DNA of 64,000 nucleotides from Dictyostelium discoideum (Eukaryota): NCBI GenBank assembly GCA_000004695.1, contig CM000155.2, positions 2,592,001 to 2,656,000 of the forward strand, read 5' to 3'. Shown piece by piece: positions 55,171 to 64,000 of this stretch (position 1 is its first letter; each line of letters starts with the position of its first letter). The notes under the pieces were generated by a model. It saw only the letters and a program-made list of their open reading frames with translations, ran no database searches and was not told where the DNA came from. The position numbers and the translations under genes were made by a program.

Positions 55171-55323
55171 AAAAAAAGAAAAAGTAAAATTAAAACTTTA
55201 AAAACTTTTATTTTAATTGAAATTCAGTTTTTTTTTTAGATATTTTTAATTCAAAATCAGTTTTTTTTAAAATTTTTTTTAAATTTTTTTTTTTTTTTTT
55301 TTTTTTAAATAAAAGAAAATTGG

Positions 55324-55489
55324 ATGATGGAAGAATATCAAGAAATAAATAAAATTTTACATGAAATTGATGATGGTAATACTAAAAGAAAAGTTCAATT
55401 GGTAAAAAATAAAAAGGATGGAAAGGTAATTGAATTTTCATTTCCCACTATTTTTTTTTTTTTTATTAATAAATCTCAATCTAATGAAA

Positions 55490-55524
<35 letters not shown>

Positions 55525-55989
55525 CTTTCCAAAATTATAACAACAGTTATATGTTTGTAAAACTATAGATTTTAATAATAATAATGAAACGAAAGATAGT
55601 AAGGTTAAAAGAGAAAGAGAATATTTATTTTTAAAACAATATTCATCACCTAGCTTTTCACATTTAAATATTGCTAAATACATTAAACACTTTGAAACCA
55701 GAGATAATCATGGATACCTTCAAAAATTAACAATAATAATAGAATATTATGAGGGTGGTGATTTAACTAATTTAAAGAATTTAAACGAGTAATTAATCTT
55801 TTTTTTTTCAATTTATTTGTTTTTTTTTTTTTTTATTCTAATTTTTTTTTTTTTTTAAATAAAAATTAAAAGAGTCCTACCAAAAGATATAATTTACCTC
55901 TTTTTTACAATGTTAGTCATTTTAAAAGAATTTAAAAATTCAATTATTCATAGAGATATTAAACCTGGTATGTAATAATTGAATTTTTG

Positions 55990-56065
<76 letters not shown>

Positions 56066-58980
56066 ATAAACCCCTAACTCCTTAATAATAAAAATAAAGA
56101 GAATATATTTTTCGTTAAAAATGGACCAGATCTAGAATTTTATTTAGGAGATATGGGAAGTTCCTCAATGGTTATAACTGATCAAAAAAATACACTTATT
56201 GGTACAAATCAATATATGGCGCCTGTAAGATTTCTTTTTTTTTTTTATAAAAACTCATATATTAACAATATTAAACTGAAAACATTTATTTTTAATTTAT
56301 AGGAAATTGATTTAGGTGGATATACATGTAAAGTTGATATTTATAGTCTAGGTAAAACAATGTTATCACTTATCACTTTAGTTCATTCACCAATGAATTC
56401 AATTTTTGAATCATTATTTCAATTATGTACATTAGAGAATTTCAAAATAAGGCCATCAATAGATCAATTAATTGAATTTGTTTGTAGACAGTATGATCAA
56501 TCAAGATATACTATATCATTGTCAAGTTATACTCATCCAAACACAAGATCAATCATAAAGTATTTTAAAGATAAAAAATTCAATATACTCAAAGAAGGTG
56601 AAAAAATCAATTTTAAAATTGACATTCAAAGTAAATTTTACAATTGTATTAGTGTATATAGGGGTTTCGCTTATAATGAATATATAGTTGAAGAAGAGGA
56701 GAAAGAAAAGGAAGAATATCAAAAGGAAGAAAATCAACAATCAATTCCAAATGTTTTATCCATTGTTGAATTAATTCAACCACCATTACAGGATCTCTCC
56801 AAAGATTTTGAGAATGTATTAATAAATCATATAAATTACATTAGAGATGGTGGTATTAATGGATCTATTAGATCACTATTACATCCTGATATAATTATCA
56901 AGACTAAATGTGATAGGGTAAAAGGTTTTGAAATAAAGGCTCACTCTAATATTACTAATACCGAAGGTTTATTCATTGAAAATGCACATTTAATTTATAA
57001 ACCAGTCAATTTATCTTGGAAAAAGATATTCTTAGAAAGAGAAGACGAAATCACTCCAGATGTTCAATTAAAAGCTGTCTTCTTATCTTTATTGGTAGCT
57101 TTTAAAATCTCAAACGATGAAAATGATTTTTTAACCGGTACACTATTTGATAAACTCATGGAACATATTTATTTTGTGAAATCACCGTCACTACCACCAC
57201 CATCACAAATTTCACCAATTAAAGAACCACTCTCTTCTTATGAACTAAAGATTTCTTTCCCTTTCAACCATAGGGCTCATATCTATGGTGTAAAAGTACC
57301 TTTAAACCCAAACTATTTAAATTTGTTTTTTGGTGGTGAAATAAAGGATACTTTAATATCAAATCTTATTCAAACATTGAATGTATTTATTATTATTATT
57401 ATTATTTATTATTATTTATAATTATTTTAAAATTGTATTATTAATGTAATTTTTATTTTATCAGATATTAGCTCCAAACAATTTACAATATAAAAGCATT
57501 TTAATTAAATTAATATCAATTATTTTAAAAGAAGAGAAAAGAATTTTAAAATCATATTCAAATTTAGGTTTAGAGATTTATTTCAAAGAGTTTAATGAAA
57601 TAATTAAAAATGAAATTGCTTTAGAGGGTATTGTATCAGATAAATTATTAGTTTCAAAGATAGATACAACAAAGAAAATTGAAAAGATAAGAGGTTTTAG
57701 AAATGGTCATTCAAATTCAGATGCAGATATTTATATTTCAGAGTTTAAAGGAAAATATTATGCAATTGATAAATTTGAACATATACCCGGTCTTTTTGAA
57801 ATATTGGAACCATTTTCAAATAAAGCAATCGATGATTTTAATCAACATTTCAAATTCATTTCAACTTTTGTTGATGTCAACGAATCTTTTGGATTAGTGT
57901 ATACAATATTCGAATTACCATCATCCTTAATTAATTCTTATCAAACTACAAGAAAATCATGTGAAAATAAAAATATATTAGATAAAGATAAAACATTTAG
58001 AAATTTATTAAATCAACATCTCTCATATTATCAAAATATTCAAAATAATAGATATAAACTAAATGGAACTGATTTAACAAGTAAAAAATTAAGCTTCACG
58101 GAATGTAAGTTAAAAAACAAAATAAATAAATATATATATTCATTACAACTATTTATGTATTAAAATACACAATTTTTTTTTAATTTTTTTTAAAAATAAA
58201 ATAAAAAAAGATCAATATAATATAATTATTTCAAATGATTGTGATATACATTATTATTTTAGTTTTGTAGGTAAAAATGGTTCAGGTTTAGTTCAATCAT
58301 TCTTTGATATAGGTGCATGGGTTTATGGCGATGAAAATGTTAAAAAAATTAAAGTTTTATCATTTTTTTATTTATTACAGTGCTTATTTGATTATCAAAC
58401 AAAAAATACTCATAATAGTGTTGATATTGATTTCCCAAATATTCTCTATTATCTAAAGAAATTTTATTATTCATCACTTGTTGATTATGGTCTCAATGGA
58501 ATGGATTCTTCAAGTAAAATATTCAACTATGATTTGAATAATTCATATTCATTTATAAAAATTGGATTTTTAATTTATAATATTTTAGATTTATACAAAC
58601 CAAATATTATTCCAGATCAAACATTATATTATGATTCCGATCTAATAGTAATGTTACTAGAGAATAGTTCTAATGTAAGTTAGATTATGCTTTTATAAAA
58701 TACTATTTTGTATGTTTTTAGTTATTTATTAAAATTTACTTTTTTTTTTTTAATTAGAAATTTTTATGTTTTAGAAAACAATATTATTCAGATTTAGATA
58801 AAACAAAATTAAAATTAACTCCAGAGAATATTGTACCACAAAATAATGATAATGATAATTCAATAATTTTATTACCATTATTAATTATTAAAGATGATAT
58901 TACATCATTTCATTTCTTTGATTATAACCTTAAAGATTCAATTAAAACTATAGAAGATTTTAATAATGAAAAAGAGTAAG

Positions 58981-59011
<31 letters not shown>

Positions 59012-60524
59012 TTTATTATTTTTATTATTTTTATTATTATTATTATTATTATTTTTCTCATTTTCAATTGCTTTTTAAAGTTATTCAAATATAGTTATAA
59101 TTAGATGTTTATTATATTATCTACAAAACATTCAAAAGAATCCATCAAATGCAAATTCATTGGTTTTAATTAATTTAAATTTATTTGAAGAAAATGAAAG
59201 TACTGATAATGAATCATTTTTATTTTTTGATATCTTTTATTTAATTAAACAACTACATGGTCTTTCAACAATAATTGATAGTTGGGTAAGTTTGGAATCA
59301 TTTTATAACCACTTTATTATTAGATATTTCTTCATCTATATATATAATACTAATTATTCCAAAATTTATATAGGATAACTTTATTTCATCATTATCAAAA
59401 CCTATATCATTGGTTTCAAATTATATTCAAACCAATTTAAAAAAGATATTAGATGATCCACTATCAATAGATATACTATATAATGATGAATCAATGAGTC
59501 ATTTCAAACCTTTTATATATGATAAAATTAAGGAAATAAAAAAAAACGTTTGGTTAATTAGAGATAAAAATAATAATGTAATTTTTTATCATTTATATAT
59601 ATAAAAAAAAACAATTTTATTAACATATATAAATGTTTTTTTTTTTTTATAGAATTATATTAGAAAATTAAGTGGATACATTAAATCTAAATTTAAAGAA
59701 GTTGAGAAATATGGTTTTGAATTCATAGATGATGTTTCAATTTCAAATCCTTATTTAAAAATTGCAGTAGAAAATGGTTGGCCAATTTCATTTTTATCAA
59801 GCCATTTTAAAAGAGATAATTCAAATCTTTTTGATTATTTATTTAATAAAGAGTTAATAATATTAGAATTATTGAAAGAAAAAGGAGTTGATGGGATTTC
59901 TCAATTGGAATCCTATTTTGTTGAAAATAATATCATTTATATTTTGACAAAGTACCATGGTGATTATTCAAATTTAGAAGAAATCAATGAATTAAACCAA
60001 GAGGATTTATTTGAAATTTTAGTTCAAATGAGTGACAAATTGAAGATATTAGAAAGTTTACAAATATACCATAGAGATATTAAACCTGAAAATATATTAT
60101 TTAAACGTGAAATTGTTAATGGTAACATTCAATCAAAAGTATGTCTAATTGATTTCAGTATCTCTGATTTTGGTTTTATTCTTAAAACAAATGAATCCGG
60201 TTCAAAAATGTATCAAGCACCTGAAATCTATCAAGAAGAATATAGATCAAAAGAAAACGATATTACAAATCAACATTATAAATTGGACATTTACAGTTTA
60301 GGTTTTACATTATCTCATTTAATGAAAAAATTCAATTGTAACCCTCCTTCATTAGTTCAAATTGTCAAAAAGATGATAAAACATAAGGCATGTTTTTTTT
60401 TTTTTTTTTTTTTTTTTGATAATAAAAAAAAAACACCTACTAACATTTAATATTTTTAATTTAGCCTGATGAACGTATAAGTTTAGATGATTTAATAGTT
60501 TTGTTGAAACAACCAACTTTATAA
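55324..60524 (+). CDS. protein with two protein-kinase-like domains, 12 exons, ~1369 aa
   Basis: Model: join(55324..55425, 55547..55788, 55873..55967, 56100..56224, 56303..57382, 57465..58104, 58271..58674, 58758..58975, 59081..59285, 59374..59577, 59653..60387, 60465..60524). All junctions are phase-consistent. Domain 1 has HRDIKPEN (split across intron 3), LGDMG and YMAPE. Domain 2 has IYHRDIKPEN, IDFSISDFGF and YQAPE. The last intron uses a GC donor (AAG|GCATGT...TTTAG|CCT). Confidence 0.65.
55981..56063 (+). repeat. pure poly(A) ~83 nt inside intron 3 of the kinase gene
   Basis: Uninterrupted A run. Confidence 0.9.
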
Positions 60525-61070
60525 ATTTTCAACAAATCATTCATTGTATTTTTTTTTTTTTTTTGTTGAATTTGTATGGAAAAAAAAAATTTTAAATTAA
60601 TTTAAAAATAAATAAATAAATTAAATAAATTTACAAAAAAAAAAATAATAAAGAACGGAAATAGAAAAAAGAATGAAAAAAAAATAAAAAAAAAAAAAAA
60701 GAAAAATAAAAAGAAAAGTATTGTTTCACCAAAACAAAATATCTCTATTTTTATTTATTTTTTTATTTTTTTTTAATTTTTTTTTTTTTTTTTGACTCTC
60801 CACAATCCAAAAGAACCCATTGAATAAAATTTTTAATTTTTCGAGACGTGTGGATGGAAAAAAAAAAAAATTAAATTAAAATTTAGGTTGATCAAAAAAA
60901 AATAAAAAAAAAAATAAAAACAATAGAAAATATCATTTTTTTTTTTTATTTTTTTATTAATAATATATTTTTTTTTTTTTACAATTGTTTTTTTACTTTT
61001 CCAATTTTTTTATTAATAACTTTTATTTTTATTTTTTAGATGTATATATTAATTTAAATTATACCACTGG

Positions 61071-61109
<39 letters not shown>

Positions 61110-61193
61110 AAATAAAATAAAAAAAAAAAAATAAAATAAATTATACCACTAATATAAATAAAAAAAAAAAAAGGAAAAAGGTAAAAAGGAAAA

Positions 61194-62513
61194 ATGAAGA
61201 ATATGTTAAATATAATTTTAACATTGACAATAATTTTTATAGGATTAATTAAAATTTCAATATCAAGTGATAGTGGATCATCAGAAAATGGTATTTATTT
61301 TTATACATATGATACAATTTGCGAATTTACAAATTCTATAAGAGATGACGATCAGTATGAATTATATTATGTACAAGCACCATTGATGTATGCAATTTAT
61401 GGTGATCTTTTCGAAAAGATTAATGCTTATCATAGTGGTGTTGGATTTTATAATTTAAATGGTGGGCCAAATATATCAATAGATTATTTCGCAGGTCCAA
61501 CCCTAGAGGATGCATTAATACCACAGAATATTACAAAAGATTCACAAGGAAATTATAATTTAACATGGAATACTTATGGATTAATAGAAGTTACCAATTA
61601 TATTAATGAAACTTATTGGAGTAAAAGAGAATTGATTATGTATGGACTTACAGGCTTACAAGTCAAACAGTATTTAAGTTGGGCTCCAATATATAACCAA
61701 ACTCATCCAGTTTATAATTTATTTAGTATTGCATCAGCTGATGCCAGTGGTAGTGGTGATAATGGTTATTTAGAAACAATATTACATAATTTAGGTATTG
61801 GTGGTGGTGGTGGTGGTAGTGGTAGTGAAAATTTAATAGTTTATCAAAATAGTAGTACTTGTGATGATTTCGTCTGGGCAAGTTTTAATACTATTTATCA
61901 ATTAGGTGGTACTTTAGTTGGTATGCAAAGTAATCCTCCAAAAGATCAAATAACATTATTTACAACTGATGAACCAACTATTGTGGATTATAATAATATT
62001 ACACAAAGGAATCAATTGGCAAGCTTTTATATTAATTTAATGGGTATTGCAAATAAGAATGAAAGTGCTCTTCAAATATTCCAAGAATTAATATCATTAT
62101 TTAATGGTACATTCTATTGTTATATAGATGGTGTTTATTATGAATTACATTTATCCAAACCAACACCAATTTCATTTACATATCAACCATCACCAATGCC
62201 AACAGGTCAAAGAAATTCAAATTCTATAGAAACACTTAATAATTGTTATTCGAAATCTTCAACTGATAATCAATCATTTTTCAATAGATTTTCAAAAATT
62301 CAAATCATTTTCATATCTATAGCTATTGGATTTGGTGTTGTAATAATATTATACATATCAATTGGTATTATGGTTAATAAGTCTAGAGGTAAATCTGGTA
62401 CAAACTTAATTCCAAATAAAAAATTATGGACTTCCATTGGTTCTAAATTTAAAAGAGATAATAATAAAAATAATTATAAACCATTGTTATATAATGAAAA
62501 TACAATTCAATAA
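61194..62513 (+). CDS. type I membrane glycoprotein (439 aa; signal peptide, many N-x-S/T sites, C-terminal TM), unknown family
   Basis: N-terminal MKNMLNIILTLTIIFIGLIKISIS. Transmembrane segment IQIIFISIAIGFGVVIILYISIGIMV near the C-terminus. Confidence 0.6.
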   Translation: MKNMLNIILTLTIIFIGLIKISISSDSGSSENGIYFYTYDTICEFTNSIRDDDQYELYYVQAPLMYAIYGDLFEKINAYHSGVGFYNLNGGPNISIDYFAGPTLEDALIPQNITKDSQGNYNLTWNTYGLIEVTNYINETYWSKRELIMYGLTGLQVKQYLSWAPIYNQTHPVYNLFSIASADASGSGDNGYLETILHNLGIGGGGGGSGSENLIVYQNSSTCDDFVWASFNTIYQLGGTLVGMQSNPPKDQITLFTTDEPTIVDYNNITQRNQLASFYINLMGIANKNESALQIFQELISLFNGTFYCYIDGVYYELHLSKPTPISFTYQPSPMPTGQRNSNSIETLNNCYSKSSTDNQSFFNRFSKIQIIFISIAIGFGVVIILYISIGIMVNKSRGKSGTNLIPNKKLWTSIGSKFKRDNNKNNYKPLLYNENTIQ

Positions 62514-62606
62514 AAATAAATAAATAAAAAAAAACAAAGTAAAAAATAAATAAAAAAATAAATAAATAATTTTTTTTTTTTAATCAATCTTATTTATAAA
62601 ATTCTT

Positions 62607-63911
62607 TTATTTAATTATTTTTCTTGAGGTATTTACAGTTGTTCTTGATGATGGTAATAGTCTAGATGATGACGATGTGGGTCCATTACCTAAAACTCCT
62701 CTTTTAAAAGGTTGCACAATTTGAGAATTATTTCGATTTGGTGTTAATGTTGCTGATGCAGTAGAAGATAATTTTTCTTTATATAAATTTTCTTTAATTG
62801 GCGAATTTGAATGAACAAGTGATTTAATTCTATTTGATACTACTGAAGGCACTGTTGTTGAAGTTGTTGTACTAGTTGTGATTGGTCTAGTTGAAATAGA
62901 TGATGATATTGTTGATGTTGGAGTTAATTTTTTAACTCTCATTGGGTGAGGTTGATTAATTAATGTGGAAGATAGACTTGCAATTTTATTATGAAGAATT
63001 AAATTTTCATTTGAGAGTGTATTTTGACCATAATCAAAGCTAAGATCATTTTGTGCTTGGTGGTTATTATTATTATTGTTAAAAAAGGAAAGGCTATCTA
63101 ATTTCATCTTTAAATCCATATTTGATTGCATTATCATTGTTTGTGGTGGATGTAGTGGTAGTTGTAATTGTGGAGGATGCATTTGAAGGGGATGAACAAA
63201 AGGATTTTGGCTATTAAAACTATTATTGTGATTGTAGTTTTCATTTTTGGCACTACGATTGTTACATAACTGAGATAGACTATCTAATTTTTCTTTAAGA
63301 TTCATTGAAGATGGAGATGGCATAGGTATAGGATTTGATATTGGAATTTGCACATGCATTGGTATTGGTATTGGTATTGGATTTGGGATTTGAATATTCA
63401 TATTCATTTGTGGCGCAATATTATTATTATTATTATTATTATTTTTGTGTGGCTGTATTTTTGTGTGTGGTTTTGGTTGTAATGATGAAGTTGTTGGTAA
63501 AATTTGTTTGGGTTTATTAACAAGTGGTGATGATAGTGTTGTTGTTGTTGCCGTTGTTGTTGAAGGTAATAATTGCTTTGGTTTTGTTACAACCGGTGAT
63601 GATACATTAATTTTTTTAGTTCTTGGATTTGAATCTGTACTGTCATCAATTTCCAATGTTCTTTTTCTTAAAATAGATGTTCTACTATATAAAGGTGTTG
63701 TGTTTGATATTTTTGTTGAAGAAGATGGTAATAAAGAAGTTGAGGATGATATCTTATTAATTGGATTAACAATTGATCTTATCTCTCCTTTTTTCTCCTT
63801 ACCTATTGTTGTTGTTGTCGCTGTGGCTGTTGAAGCTGCTGTTGTTGTTGCTGTAGATGTCATTCTACTGTTTGAATTTGTACTTTTAATAATATTATTG
63901 CTGCCACTCAT
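62607..63911 (-). CDS. low-complexity S/T/P/N-rich protein (434 aa), unknown function
   Basis: ATG at 63911 (rc gaattATGagtggc). PIPIPIPM repeats. Poly-N and poly-T tracts. Confidence 0.45.
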   Translation of the reverse strand: MSGSNNIIKSTNSNSRMTSTATTTAASTATATTTTIGKEKKGEIRSIVNPINKISSSTSLLPSSSTKISNTTPLYSRTSILRKRTLEIDDSTDSNPRTKKINVSSPVVTKPKQLLPSTTTATTTTLSSPLVNKPKQILPTTSSLQPKPHTKIQPHKNNNNNNNNIAPQMNMNIQIPNPIPIPIPMHVQIPISNPIPMPSPSSMNLKEKLDSLSQLCNNRSAKNENYNHNNSFNSQNPFVHPLQMHPPQLQLPLHPPQTMIMQSNMDLKMKLDSLSFFNNNNNNHQAQNDLSFDYGQNTLSNENLILHNKIASLSSTLINQPHPMRVKKLTPTSTISSSISTRPITTSTTTSTTVPSVVSNRIKSLVHSNSPIKENLYKEKLSSTASATLTPNRNNSQIVQPFKRGVLGNGPTSSSSRLLPSSRTTVNTSRKIIK

Positions 63912-64000
63912 AATTCTTCTTGGTTTTAATGGTGATGGGTTTATGATGTTTTGATTTTTATTATTAATATTACTGTTACTATTATTACAATTTAAAGGTA

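Noticed and set aside
60388-60450. Read-through C-terminus KACFFFFFFFFDNKKKTPTNI of the kinase ORF
   Set aside because: Translation of a poly-T intron. A GC-AG splice to 60465 gives a conserved kinase C-terminal tail instead.

Overview
Lineage call. The window reads as a Dictyostelium discoideum-type nuclear chromosome segment, and I found no prokaryotic features such as operons, CRISPR arrays or defence islands. The evidence: it is about 75-80% AT; it has long coding (CAA)n/(AAT)n tracts giving poly-Q and poly-N; introns are short and AT-rich, mostly GTAAGT/GTATGT...AG; intergenic spacers are homopolymer-rich; and tRNA genes carry downstream external B boxes and flanking poly(A)-terminated non-LTR retroelements.

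Content, left to right:
1. A TRE3-like non-LTR retrotransposon on the minus strand (1..~5098). It has an ORF1/ORF2 ATGA overlap, an APE endonuclease and a reverse transcriptase FADD motif. It is broken by an N-gap and internal duplications. It sits about 100 bp downstream of an intron-containing tRNA-Tyr(GUA).
2. A 724-bp GC-rich poly(A)-ended insertion with 13-bp target-site duplications, exactly 46 bp upstream of that tRNA-Tyr, the canonical TRE5 position. An older TRE5-type fragment lies next to it.
3. A tRNA-Thr(AGU) with a poly(A)-ended micro-fragment about 52 bp upstream.
4. A 3.4-kb AT desert containing one small secreted Cys-rich peptide ORF.
5. A relic 5' half of tRNA-Tyr.
6. Protein-coding genes. 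Most needed splicing models that I built by hand, because the ORF track uses TTG/GTG as M and breaks at introns. They are: a DH-PH RhoGEF with ARM repeats; peroxin-14; two small secreted proteins; a myotubularin phosphatase; a ~2040-aa repeat protein; a tRNA-Ala/tRNA-Leu/tRNA-Ala cluster; eIF3 subunit F; an RRM-RRM-SURP-CID protein (U2SURP-like); a four-exon TMEM50-like membrane protein that the ORF track misses entirely; GRASP; frataxin; two FNIP-repeat proteins; a SET-MYND (SMYD-like) methyltransferase; a TRMT2A-like tRNA m5U methyltransferase; a secreted Cys/Ser-rich protein; a degenerate pseudogene; a 12-exon gene with two kinase-like domains and a probable GC-AG intron; a type I membrane glycoprotein; and a low-complexity S/T/P/N-rich protein.

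No novel prokaryote-style system is supportable. The most system-like feature is the tRNA-Tyr gene acting as a landing pad for both TRE5- and TRE3-type retroelements.
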